A stretch of 64,000 bases of DNA from a virus (taxonomy: Duplodnaviria; Heunggongvirae; Uroviricota; Caudoviricetes), in IMG/VR virus record IMGVR_UViG_3300042485_001768; one strand, 5' to 3'. The position numbers and the translations under genes were made by a program. Every line of letters begins with the position of its first letter. The stretch's first letter is position 1. Below are positions 6,911 to 16,074 of the stretch, one piece after another. The notes beneath the pieces were generated by a model that saw only the letters and a program-made list of their open reading frames with translations, did no database searches and was not told where the DNA came from.

Positions 6911-7688
6911 TTCTTTAGGAAAACTTGGTAGACTTGGAAATCAAATGTTCCAACTTGCGTCTTTAAAAGGTATTGCAAGAAAAAATGATTACAATTATTG
7001 TCTCCCTCCATCTACTAATGTTAATGAATGGGAAGATCACCAATTGTTTGTTCCATTTAAGCTTCATAACGTTATGCTGCTTAATATCCAATATCTTGAT
7101 GGTAAAAGACCTACCATTGTAGAAAATGAATTTGGATTTAATGAGGAATTATATAACAATTGCCCAAAGTGGGTGAATCTTCAAGGATACTTTCAATCAG
7201 AAAAATATTTTAAAGATATTGAAGATGAAATTAGAGAAGATTTTGAATTTCATGACCATATTTTTAATCCAGCAAAGGAAATGATTGAAACTATAGATGA
7301 TCCAATTTCTCTTCATATTAGAAGGACTGATTATCTACAACTATCACATCAACATAACAATCTCGATTTAGATTATTATGAAAAGGCATTAGAGCATTTT
7401 GATACTGATAGAACTGTTGTTATTTTTTCTGATGACCCAGAATGGTGCAAATCACAGACATTATTTGAAAGTGATAGATTTTTAATTGCGGAAGGAAACT
7501 CTAATTATGTTGACCTTTGTTTGATGACTCTATGTAAATCGCATATTATTGCAAACTCTTCATTCTCTTGGTGGGGTGCATGGTTGGCAAAGAGTGATAA
7601 GGTTATTGCACCAAGTAAATGGTTTGGACCTGATAATCAACACCTAGATACTAAAGATCTTTATTGCCCAGATTGGACTGTAATTTAA
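6891..7688 (+). CDS. alpha-1,2-fucosyltransferase (GT11)
   Basis: GRLGNQMFQ, GYFQSEKYF, HIRRTDY, VIFSDD, IIANSSFSWW. Confidence 0.92.
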   Translation: MSMIGFNSLGKLGRLGNQMFQLASLKGIARKNDYNYCLPPSTNVNEWEDHQLFVPFKLHNVMLLNIQYLDGKRPTIVENEFGFNEELYNNCPKWVNLQGYFQSEKYFKDIEDEIREDFEFHDHIFNPAKEMIETIDDPISLHIRRTDYLQLSHQHNNLDLDYYEKALEHFDTDRTVVIFSDDPEWCKSQTLFESDRFLIAEGNSNYVDLCLMTLCKSHIIANSSFSWWGAWLAKSDKVIAPSKWFGPDNQHLDTKDLYCPDWTVI

Positions 7689-8407
7689 TGAAAGTTGCTG
7701 TTATTTTTATTGGAACGGAGAAGTACCTTAACTTCCTTCCCTCATGGTATGAGAGTTGTGAGCAATTCTTATTGCCAAGCACCGAAAAAAAGTATATAAT
7801 TTTTACTGATGGTGAGGTTCCAGAATCTCCAGAAAATGCTATTGTATATAATCAAGAGCATTTAGAGTGGCCATATATCACCCTGTATCGTTTTAAAATG
7901 ATCCAGAAATGTTTTGAAGATATTCAAGACTGTGATTGGTTACTTTTTCTAGATGCAGATATGCGAGTAGTAGATACTGTTATTGCAGAAGACTTGTTTG
8001 ATGATTCTAAAAAATATATTGGGGTTCATCATCCATGTCATTATTTGAACATGCCACCACACAATGAACTTCCTGGAGCATTTGATGTAACTCCACTATC
8101 TAATGCATGTGTTTCCGAATCTGATGATTTGTCAATTTATTTTCAAGGATGTTTATGGGGTGGTAAACTTCCTTATGTTCTTGATATGATTCAAGAACTT
8201 GACCAAAAAACAACTGAAGATGAAAAAAATAATATAATTGCTACTTGGCATGATGAAAGTCATTTGAATAAGTTTTATATTGAACATCGGGATGAAGTAT
8301 TTGTAGCGTCACCAAGTCTTGCATACCCAGAAGTATTCGCTAAAGTATGTACATTTGAACCAAAAATTGTCCATCTATCTAAAGATAATAGTAAGTATCA
8401 TGTCTAA
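7688..8407 (+). CDS. GT6 family alpha-1,3-Gal/GalNAc transferase (ABO-like)
   Basis: WPYITLYRF, FLDADM (DxD), CLWGG, ATWHDESHLNK. Confidence 0.88.
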   Translation: MKVAVIFIGTEKYLNFLPSWYESCEQFLLPSTEKKYIIFTDGEVPESPENAIVYNQEHLEWPYITLYRFKMIQKCFEDIQDCDWLLFLDADMRVVDTVIAEDLFDDSKKYIGVHHPCHYLNMPPHNELPGAFDVTPLSNACVSESDDLSIYFQGCLWGGKLPYVLDMIQELDQKTTEDEKNNIIATWHDESHLNKFYIEHRDEVFVASPSLAYPEVFAKVCTFEPKIVHLSKDNSKYHV

Positions 8408-9104
8408 AATTGCTATGATTTACTCGGGTCAACCGAGACACTTAAAAGAATGTTATGAAAATCATCGTCAAACTTTTTGGGATGCAAATCCAGATTGTGA
8501 AATTGATGTGTTTGCTCATATTTGGTATGACGAGGCATGGGTAGGAACTTATTTTTGGGACCAATATAAAGACCGTGGGCGTTGGGAAGCAGACCTTAAA
8601 GATTTTATGGTTGATAACTGGCAACCCAAAGGTCTTGTTTTTGAAGAACCAAAAGAGTTTGAAGCGGAAGATATTTATCCTGATCCTAGATTTCCTCATC
8701 CAGTCAACAACATTATCTCAATGTTTTATAGCTTGAATGAAGCAAATAATCTCAAGAAAAAGTATGAAGATGATAATGGGTTTAAGTATGATTGTGTTAT
8801 TCGTTTAAGAACTGATGAATATTTTAAAACTCCTATTGGTCCCATATCAAACTATGATTTAAATACAGTTAATGTATTGAATGAATGGGCACACATTGAA
8901 CATGGAATCAATGACCACTTTGCATTTGGGTCATCTGAATTGATGGATAAATATCTTGACGTATTTGACAATTTTGTTAAAATATGTGAAATGGGTGCGG
9001 AAATCAATCCAGAATGTCTTATTGGGTTTAATGCACAAAAAAGACACAATCTTCCCATTACTAAAAACAACTGGAACTATGTACTTTGGAGAGATAAAAA
9101 ATAA
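8400..9104 (+). CDS. hypothetical glycan-related protein (GT-A-like)
   Basis: IYSGQPRH...VFAHIW...YDCVIRLRTD; paralog at 10477-11223. Confidence 0.6.
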   Translation: MSKIAMIYSGQPRHLKECYENHRQTFWDANPDCEIDVFAHIWYDEAWVGTYFWDQYKDRGRWEADLKDFMVDNWQPKGLVFEEPKEFEAEDIYPDPRFPHPVNNIISMFYSLNEANNLKKKYEDDNGFKYDCVIRLRTDEYFKTPIGPISNYDLNTVNVLNEWAHIEHGINDHFAFGSSELMDKYLDVFDNFVKICEMGAEINPECLIGFNAQKRHNLPITKNNWNYVLWRDKK

Positions 9105-10477
9105 TGACTAAACTTGTTATCTTTGATTTGGATGGCGTCTTAATTGATAGTAAAGATTATCATTACGAAGCATTAAACCAAGCACTTGGGGAAGAATATG
9201 CTATCAGCAGAGAAGAGCATGTTAGCATTTATGATGGTCTTCCCACTAAAGCAAAACTAGAACTTTTGACTAAAAATAAGGGTCTTCCTGTAGACCTTTA
9301 CGACCAGATTTGGAGAGATAAGCAAGAGGCAACTCTCAAAATCTTTAATGATTGTGTTGCAAAAGATTATGAGTTAATGGGTTATTTCCAGCAACTTGTA
9401 GATGCAGGATATAAAATCGCCGTAGCATCTAACAGTATTCGCAATACTGTAAAGATTATTCTTCTGCGTCTTGGTCTTCTTGAGTTTGTTGATATGTACG
9501 TCTCTAATGAAGACGTTGTTCGCAATAAACCATTCCCAGCAATGTACTGGAAGTGCATGACTGCTCTTGGAGCACTTCCTGCAGATACTGTAATTGTTGA
9601 GGATAGTCATATTGGTCGTCAAGGTGCTCTTGATAGTAAGGCACACTTGGTTCCTGTTGAAGACCGTAAGGATCTTAATCAGGTAAAGATTGACCGCATC
9701 AAAAAAATTCTAAATGGTACTAAACAAAAAGTTGCGTGGGAGAGCAAGACTATGAATGTTCTTATTCCTATGGCAGGTGCTGGCAGCAGATTTGCTAGTC
9801 AGGGTTACACCTTCCCCAAACCTTTGATTGAAGTTAAAGGTAAACCAATGATTCAAGTGGTTGTTGAGAACCTGAACATCAAAGCAAATTATACTTTTAT
9901 TGTTCAGAAGGAGCATTATGAGAAGTATAATCTCAACTATCTGCTTCCTCTGATTGCTCCTGGATGTAATATTGTCCAAGTTGATGGTCTTACTGAAGGT
10001 GCTTGTTGCACTACTTTACTTGCAAAAGAGTTTATCGATAATGATGAACCCCTTGTAATGGCAAATTCGGACCAGTTTGTTGAATGGGATAGCAACGAAA
10101 CCCTTTATGCATTCCAAAATGGTGAAGTTGATGGCGGTATCGTAACCTTCCCCGCAACCCATCCTAAGTGGTCTTATGCTAAACTTGGTGAAGAAGGTTA
10201 TGTTGAGGAAGTTGCTGAGAAGAAACCAATCTCTGAACATGCCACTGTAGGTATTTACTACTGGAAAAAAGGTTCTGATTATGTTAAGTATGCTGAACAA
10301 ATGATTGAAAAGAACATTCGGGTTAATAATGAGTTCTATGTTTGTCCAGTATTTAATGAAGCAATCGGTGATGGTAAAAAAATCCGCATCAAAGAGATTG
10401 ATAGGAATGGTATGTGGGGTATTGGAACTCCAGAAGATTTAAATTATTTCCTCGAACATTATAATGGAGAAGTGTGA
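9104..10477 (+). CDS. HAD phosphatase fused to a sugar nucleotidyltransferase
   Basis: N-terminal FDLDGVL, KP, VEDS; C-terminal IPMAGAGSRF, PKPLI, NSDQ, GTPEDL. Confidence 0.88.
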   Translation: MTKLVIFDLDGVLIDSKDYHYEALNQALGEEYAISREEHVSIYDGLPTKAKLELLTKNKGLPVDLYDQIWRDKQEATLKIFNDCVAKDYELMGYFQQLVDAGYKIAVASNSIRNTVKIILLRLGLLEFVDMYVSNEDVVRNKPFPAMYWKCMTALGALPADTVIVEDSHIGRQGALDSKAHLVPVEDRKDLNQVKIDRIKKILNGTKQKVAWESKTMNVLIPMAGAGSRFASQGYTFPKPLIEVKGKPMIQVVVENLNIKANYTFIVQKEHYEKYNLNYLLPLIAPGCNIVQVDGLTEGACCTTLLAKEFIDNDEPLVMANSDQFVEWDSNETLYAFQNGEVDGGIVTFPATHPKWSYAKLGEEGYVEEVAEKKPISEHATVGIYYWKKGSDYVKYAEQMIEKNIRVNNEFYVCPVFNEAIGDGKKIRIKEIDRNGMWGIGTPEDLNYFLEHYNGEV

Positions 10478-11223
10478 TGAAAGTAGCATTAGCATTTTTT
10501 GGGCAACCTAGATTTGTTGATAATCTAGAAATTATCAACACATACAAAGAAGTAATTCTTAATCGATATGATACTGATGTATTCGGTCACATGTGGTGGC
10601 AAGAAAATGGTGGAGAATATGATTACTCTTCTTGGTCTAAGATAAACAAATGCCCTGTTTCTGAGGATGCCCCAGAAATTATTACCAATAATTATTCTCC
10701 TTTAATTTTAGGTATTGAAGATCCAAAGACTTTTGAATTGCCACCTAAAGCTAAAAAATTTATTGATGAGAAGTTTACTGATAAGCATCCTGCTAGACAA
10801 ATATATGGAGAAAGTGGCAACCATTGGAATCCTAAAAACTATAGCAATGTAATGTCACAATTGTATTCTATTAAATCTGTTGCTAATATTGTTAAATCAT
10901 ACGCAGAAGATACAAATACCAGTTACGATTTTATTGTACTAGCAAGGTATGATACCGTACTTCTTAATTTCCCAGATCTTAATACTTGTGATAAGTATAA
11001 GTTTTATCTTCCAGGACATCATCCTAGATTCCCTGATACAATCCAATTCTTTGGTCCAAAATATTTGACTTGGGCACTTAATGCTTTTGATGATATTGAA
11101 GATGTATATGAAGATATTTGGGAACCTTCTCCCGAAGCATTTAAAATGGGTTCATTTTTAAAGTGGTTTGAACACTCTGATCTTGCTCCTTGTTCTATGG
11201 ATGCTGCTTGTATCCGAGGTTAA
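10477..11223 (+). CDS. hypothetical glycan-related protein, paralog of 8400-9104
   Basis: AFFGQPRF...VFGHMW...YDFIVLARYD. Confidence 0.6.
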   Translation: MKVALAFFGQPRFVDNLEIINTYKEVILNRYDTDVFGHMWWQENGGEYDYSSWSKINKCPVSEDAPEIITNNYSPLILGIEDPKTFELPPKAKKFIDEKFTDKHPARQIYGESGNHWNPKNYSNVMSQLYSIKSVANIVKSYAEDTNTSYDFIVLARYDTVLLNFPDLNTCDKYKFYLPGHHPRFPDTIQFFGPKYLTWALNAFDDIEDVYEDIWEPSPEAFKMGSFLKWFEHSDLAPCSMDAACIRG

Positions 11224-11225
11224 TT

Positions 11226-11693
11226 ATGAAAATCATTGCACATAGAGGAAATATTGATGGTCCCAATCCTTTAACGGAAAACCATCCAGATACTATTGAT
11301 AATGCAATATCAATGGGATTTGATGTTGAAATTGATATTAGATATGATACATTTGATAATAAATTTTATCTAGGTCATGATGATCCACAATATGTGGTTA
11401 CTCCATATTGGTTAGCTGAACGTATGGAAAACCTGTGGATTCATTGTAAAAATATTGAAGCACTTTATCATTTTGTTCATAAAACTGGTGGATATAATTA
11501 TTTTTGGCATCAAACAGATGATTTTACGCTAACCAGTAAAAACTATATTTGGACATATCCTGGACAAACCTATACACCATCTAGTATAATTGTTATGCCA
11601 GAAAATTATATTAAACGAGAAGAATTAAATACTTTGATTGCTTATGATTGTTATGGTGTTTGTACAGATTATCCTCAAAAAATAAAAAAATGA
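11226..11693 (+). CDS. glycerophosphodiester-phosphodiesterase-like protein
   Basis: IIAHRGN, DVEIDI, GHD, VCTDYP. Confidence 0.75.
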   Translation: MKIIAHRGNIDGPNPLTENHPDTIDNAISMGFDVEIDIRYDTFDNKFYLGHDDPQYVVTPYWLAERMENLWIHCKNIEALYHFVHKTGGYNYFWHQTDDFTLTSKNYIWTYPGQTYTPSSIIVMPENYIKREELNTLIAYDCYGVCTDYPQKIKK

Positions 11694-12640
11694 AAATTAC
11701 ATTAGTTGGACCAGGCATTATGCCTATTCCCCCTACTGGGTGGGGTGCAGTAGAAATATTAATTTGGGATACTAAACTTGCCTTAGAAGAACTGGGGCAT
11801 GAAGTTCAAATTGTAAATACTAAAGATTACAGGCAAATTATTAATGAAATAAATGCATTTGTACCTGATTTTGTGCATGTGCATTATGATGAATTTATTA
11901 ATCTTTGTCCATACATCCAATATCCATCTGCAATTACAAGTCATTTTGGATATTTAGAGAGACCTCAAATGTTTAATGGTTATGCAAATGTTGCCAATCA
12001 ATTTGCTTCTATTAAACCAAATATTTTTTGTTTATCTGAAGGAATCTCTAAGGTATATCAAATAATGTTTAATATTCCTAAAGAGAATCTTTTTATTACT
12101 CCAAACGGAGTTAATATTAATCAATTTAAAGTCTCAGAATCTCCAAAATACCCAGACAGATCAATCTATCTTGCAAAGATTGATTATAGAAAACGTCAAC
12201 ATCTATTCCAGTCTATTGATAGTCTTTGGTTTGCTGGAAATCTTGCTGATAGTAGATTTAATACTAACAAGAACTATTTGGGTGAATGGTCTAAAGAAAC
12301 TCTATACAATGAACTCACCGATTATGGTAACCTTGTTCTTCTATCTGATGGGGAGGCACATCCATTAGTTTGTATGGAAGCTCTTGCCGCAGGTCTTGGT
12401 GTAGTAGTATGTGAATGGGGCAAAGCAAATCTCGATCAATCTAAACCATTTATTACTATTATTCCAGAAGACAAAATTGATGATTTAGAATACATTGAAG
12501 AAAAAATTGTAAAAAATAGAGAGTATTCAATTTCTCATCGGGAAGAAATTTTAGAATATTCTAAAAACTTTGATTGGAAAGAAATCTTACAAAAATATTA
12601 TATTCCTAGTATAGTTAAAGTTATTGAAAATCATGGATAA
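11690..12640 (+). CDS. GT4-like glycosyltransferase
   Basis: IPPTGWGAVE, ITPNGVN, SDGEAHPLVCMEALAAG. Confidence 0.8.
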   Translation: MKITLVGPGIMPIPPTGWGAVEILIWDTKLALEELGHEVQIVNTKDYRQIINEINAFVPDFVHVHYDEFINLCPYIQYPSAITSHFGYLERPQMFNGYANVANQFASIKPNIFCLSEGISKVYQIMFNIPKENLFITPNGVNINQFKVSESPKYPDRSIYLAKIDYRKRQHLFQSIDSLWFAGNLADSRFNTNKNYLGEWSKETLYNELTDYGNLVLLSDGEAHPLVCMEALAAGLGVVVCEWGKANLDQSKPFITIIPEDKIDDLEYIEEKIVKNREYSISHREEILEYSKNFDWKEILQKYYIPSIVKVIENHG

Positions 12641-13424
12641 AAATAAATCAATAAGTAAATTGAAAAACTTTGGACCTGTTTATTATTTGAATTTGGATGG
12701 TCAACCAGAAAGAAAACAGTATATGGAGGAACAGTTTTCTTACTGGGAAATTGAAAATTATACTAGAATTTCTGCCTATGATGGTAGAGATGACGATTTA
12801 AGTGATATCATAAAAGGAAGGTATCCAGAAAATATGTCATCTGGTGAGGTTGGATGTGTAACCTCACATCTTAAAGCAATTGAACATTGGTATAATAATT
12901 CTGATAGTCCTTATGCAATTATCATGGAAGATGATTGCAATTTAGATATTGCTAGATTTTGGACATTTACCTGGGAAGACTTTATTTCTAGGGTTCCCTA
13001 TGATTGGGATGTTGTTCAATTGGCAATTATTTGTACTGGTGATATTCATGTGAAAATTCATAAACGATTTGTGAATGAATTTTCCACTGCATGTTACGCA
13101 ATCACTAGACACCATGCAGAAAAATTAATTAAACTCCACATTAGAGATGGTAAGTATAAACTGGACAATGGGGTAAAACCAAGGCCAGTTGCAGATGATT
13201 TATTGTATAATTCTGGAAATACTTATTCAGTACCATTATTATTGTATAAAATTGAGTTAGGTTCTTCTATTCATCCTGATCATATTGATATTTTTCACAG
13301 AAACAGTCATGATGGAATATTTAATTTCTGGTCTCAAGCAGGGGCTCAATTGACAATTGATCAACTTACCGACTATGATCCTTATCTAGGGAGAGTCACT
13401 GATCCATCTGGTGGACAGCGGTAA
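12633..13424 (+). CDS. GT25 family glycosyltransferase
   Basis: YLNLDGQPERK, GEVGCVTSH, IMEDD. Confidence 0.85.
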   Translation: MDKNKSISKLKNFGPVYYLNLDGQPERKQYMEEQFSYWEIENYTRISAYDGRDDDLSDIIKGRYPENMSSGEVGCVTSHLKAIEHWYNNSDSPYAIIMEDDCNLDIARFWTFTWEDFISRVPYDWDVVQLAIICTGDIHVKIHKRFVNEFSTACYAITRHHAEKLIKLHIRDGKYKLDNGVKPRPVADDLLYNSGNTYSVPLLLYKIELGSSIHPDHIDIFHRNSHDGIFNFWSQAGAQLTIDQLTDYDPYLGRVTDPSGGQR

Positions 13425-13435
13425 ACCCTATACAC

Positions 13436-13469
13436 TTGACAAACATAATTCTTAAACCTATACTAAATA
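13436..13469 (+). promoter_or_regulatory. overlapping sigma70-like and T4-late-like promoters
   Basis: TTGACA-17 nt-TATACT plus TAAATA at 13464-13469. Confidence 0.65.
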
Positions 13470-13531
13470 GGTACTTAAGAATTATGTTGTAATTCTTAAC
13501 ATTTGTCGTTTAGATCTAAAACAAATTAACT

Positions 13532-14407
13532 ATGATTATTCGTTCTATTCTTGCCGCCGCTGTTGCTGCTACTGCTGCTCCCGCCATGGCACAAGTCACC
13601 AGTGTTAAGCAACTGAGTGATGTTCAACCTACCCAGTGGTCGTATCAAGCGATTACTAATCTGGTAGAGCGTTATGGTTGTGTTGCTGGTTATCCCAATG
13701 GCACCTTCCAGCCTGGTCAACCTGCTACTCGTGCTGAACTTGCTGCCCTGACTAATGCTTGTTTGGATCGCATTACTGAGTTCCAAAGTGCTGCTGATGC
13801 TGCCCTGGCTGCTGCTCTCCGTGCTGAGTTCGCCAAAGAAATCGGTGCTACCAATGCCCGTGTAAGTGCTCTTGAACTTGCTGCCGCTCAGAAGGCACAA
13901 GGCGTGGGTAATTACCTGGGTGCTGGTGTACTGCTGAACAAGCAAGGCACCGCTGGTAACGGTTATACCGAGAACCGTACTATCTCTGGTGCTACTATCC
14001 AAGGTCGTTATGCTGTGAAGACCTTCAGCAATCAAAATGCTGTTGCTGTTCGTCCTTATACTAACCTTGTTGGTACTCCTGCTGGTCAGATCGGTGCTGC
14101 TGGTGGTGCCCTCCTCTCCTACGATTGGAGTCTCGCCCGTGCCGCTTCTGGTGTGAGCAAGGCTAACATCTACACTGGTGTTGGTTATCAAATCCCCTTC
14201 GTGAATAACACTGCTGCTAACTTCCAGTCCGCTGTGGGTGATCGTGGTCAAGTTGTTCTCGCTCTGGGTATCGAAGGTCGTCTGACCAACTCTCTGGTTG
14301 GTTTTGCTGATCTGAAGTTCCCCACCACCAACGCTGCTAACAGCTACGGTGCAACTAACGGAACCTATTCTCCTGTGTTCACCACGGGTCTGGGATTCAA
14401 GTTCTGA
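13532..14407 (+). CDS. SLH-domain outer-membrane protein (cyanobacterial porin-type N-terminus, short beta-barrel)
   Basis: Signal peptide, SDVQPTQWSYQAITNLVERYGCVAGYPNGTF...TRAELAA SLH region, coiled coil, amphipathic strands, terminal Phe. Confidence 0.85.
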   Translation: MIIRSILAAAVAATAAPAMAQVTSVKQLSDVQPTQWSYQAITNLVERYGCVAGYPNGTFQPGQPATRAELAALTNACLDRITEFQSAADAALAAALRAEFAKEIGATNARVSALELAAAQKAQGVGNYLGAGVLLNKQGTAGNGYTENRTISGATIQGRYAVKTFSNQNAVAVRPYTNLVGTPAGQIGAAGGALLSYDWSLARAASGVSKANIYTGVGYQIPFVNNTAANFQSAVGDRGQVVLALGIEGRLTNSLVGFADLKFPTTNAANSYGATNGTYSPVFTTGLGFKF

Positions 14408-14432
14408 TTTAAAAATAAAATCTAATTGATTT

Positions 14433-14468
14433 AGTCAAGGGTCGGATTTCCCCCCTTGACTTTTTTTT
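14433..14468 (+). terminator. intrinsic terminator that contains the hli -35 box
   Basis: AGTCAAGGG/CCCTTGACT stem plus T8. Confidence 0.75.
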
Positions 14469-14505
14469 ATAATTACTATATAATTTTGTTGTAAATCGTT
14501 ACAAA
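14456..14505 (+). promoter_or_regulatory. hli promoter with an HLR1-like box
   Basis: TTGACT-17 nt-TATAAT; GTTGTAAA-TC-GTTACAAA at 14488-14505. Confidence 0.65.
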
Positions 14506-14509
14506 ATCA

Positions 14510-14704
14510 ATGACAGTTACCACTAATGAACGTGGGCAGCAAAATATGTTTGCTAAAGAACCCACTATGTATTATGAAAATTATGGGATGTATTCCCCTA
14601 ATGAAATTAAGGAGATGACGAATGGACGCTGGGCTATGGTCGGTATTGTTGCTGGGTTCATTTCTTATGCTATCACTGGTAAGTTCTTCTTCTGCATCTT
14701 CTGA
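14510..14704 (+). CDS. hli: high-light-inducible protein
   Basis: MTVTTNERGQQNMFAKEP N-terminus and E..NGRWAM chlorophyll-binding helix. Confidence 0.92.
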   Translation: MTVTTNERGQQNMFAKEPTMYYENYGMYSPNEIKEMTNGRWAMVGIVAGFISYAITGKFFFCIF

Positions 14705-14717
14705 CAATTGATTGACA

Positions 14718-14804
14718 ATGACTGAGATTCTATTTACAATGACTTCAGTTGCCTTCTTCGTATTGTTGGCAGCATCTGTAGAAAAACTTTGTGAGACTTA
14801 TTAA
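14718..14804 (+). CDS. 28-aa hydrophobic peptide
   Basis: [28 protein letters not shown]; stop overlaps the petF start. Confidence 0.45.
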   Translation: MTEILFTMTSVAFFVLLAASVEKLCETY

Positions 14805-15094
14805 TGACTTACACTATTACTCTTCAAAACCCAGATGGCACTGAGAATACAATTCAATGTGCTAGTGATCAGTATATTTTAGAAGCGGCTGAAGAAGCAG
14901 GACTTGATATGCTTTATTCTTGTCGTGCTGGTGCATGTAGTTCTTGTGCAGGTAAACTTATTAGTGGAACTGTCGATAATGAAGAACAATCATTTCTTGA
15001 TGATGACCAAATTGCACAAGGATACATTCTTACATGTGTCGCATATCCAACTAGTGATTGCGTCATTCTAACTGAACAGGAAGAAAACCTGTGA
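14804..15094 (+). CDS. petF: plant-type [2Fe-2S] ferredoxin
   Basis: [14 protein letters not shown]...ILTCVAYP. Confidence 0.96.
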   Translation: MTYTITLQNPDGTENTIQCASDQYILEAAEEAGLDMLYSCRAGACSSCAGKLISGTVDNEEQSFLDDDQIAQGYILTCVAYPTSDCVILTEQEENL

Positions 15095-15303
15095 GTGCTG
15101 GAATGCTTGGGAAATTCAATCTTGCCCTCCAAGAATTAGTTGACAGTGGTGTTTGGGATCGAGATGTAAAACTAGAAGTCAAGATCGCTGGCACACTCAA
15201 GAATGATAAGTTTATTGTTATCAAACCTGTCAAAGAAAAAATGGTTTGCAATACAAACCCAGATCTTAAACAAAAACACATTTATCAAGGAGAAACAAAA
15301 TGA
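15091..15303 (+). CDS. hypothetical protein
   Basis: GTG start overlapping the petF stop; stop overlaps the next ATG. Confidence 0.6.
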   Translation: MSAGMLGKFNLALQELVDSGVWDRDVKLEVKIAGTLKNDKFIVIKPVKEKMVCNTNPDLKQKHIYQGETK

Positions 15304-15419
15304 AATTCGGATTCACCCCTGAAGCAGAAATTCTTAATGCTCGTCTCGCCATGCTTGGTTTTGTAATTGCTGTTGGCACTTACATGACCACGGGACAAAT
15401 TATTCCTGGTGTATGGTGA
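15300..15419 (+). CDS. hli: second high-light-inducible protein (39 aa, missing from the ORF track)
   Basis: [39 protein letters not shown]. Confidence 0.92.
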   Translation: MKFGFTPEAEILNARLAMLGFVIAVGTYMTTGQIIPGVW

Positions 15420-15487
15420 TTATGATTAAAATTTTCGCTAAAAAAATTTACAACAAATATAAAGAAAAAATTAGTATGGAGGTGCCT

Positions 15488-16015
15488 ATGCGTAAAGAAG
15501 GATATCAAATTCCACAAGTAGAATTTGTATTTCGTGAGAATGGTGAATTTGTAAATCGTACATCTTCTGAACTTTTCGATGGAAAGCGTGTGGTCATTTT
15601 TAGCTTGCCTGGTGCTTTCACTCCTACTTGCAGTGCCTATCAGTTACCTGGATTCGAAGAGAAATACGACGACTTTATTGGTAGTGGCATCGACGCTATT
15701 TACTGCGTCTCTGTTAATGATGGGTTTGTAATGAATGCTTGGGCACAAGATCAAAACATCAAGAACGTCACTCTTATCCCTGACGGCAATGCATATTTCA
15801 CACGTTCTATGGGAATGCTTGTCAATAAGTCTAACCTTGGTTTCGGTGATCGCTCTTGGCGTTATGCTGCGGTCGTGGATAACGGAATCATCGAGAAACT
15901 ATTCGTTGAAGATGGGCAACGGGACAATGCAGAAACCGACCCTTACGAAGCGACTACTCCAGAAGTTGTTTTGGAATATGTGAAATCTACTGTTCGTGAA
16001 GTAGCAACAGTTTGA
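15488..16015 (+). CDS. type II (Prx5-like) peroxiredoxin
   Basis: FSLPGAFTPTCS, SVNDGFVM, RSWRYA; GGAGG RBS before 15488. Confidence 0.92.
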   Translation: MRKEGYQIPQVEFVFRENGEFVNRTSSELFDGKRVVIFSLPGAFTPTCSAYQLPGFEEKYDDFIGSGIDAIYCVSVNDGFVMNAWAQDQNIKNVTLIPDGNAYFTRSMGMLVNKSNLGFGDRSWRYAAVVDNGIIEKLFVEDGQRDNAETDPYEATTPEVVLEYVKSTVREVATV

Positions 16016-16018
16016 ACG

Positions 16019-16043
16019 AAGGAGGGTTTATCCCTCCTTTTTT
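16019..16043 (+). terminator. intrinsic terminator followed by late-promoter-like ATAAATA
   Basis: AGGAGGG/CCCTCCT stem plus T-run. Confidence 0.7.
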
Positions 16044-16074
16044 AATAAATATAATGCAGGGTTTGGATACTATA

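Noticed and set aside
13526-14251. 241-aa antisense ORF over the SLH protein gene
   Set aside because: Explained by the strong codon bias of the sense gene; no motifs or RBS.
14491-14502. GTA...TAC palindrome at the hli promoter as an NtcA site
   Set aside because: The spacing is N6, not N8; an HLR1-like direct repeat fits better.
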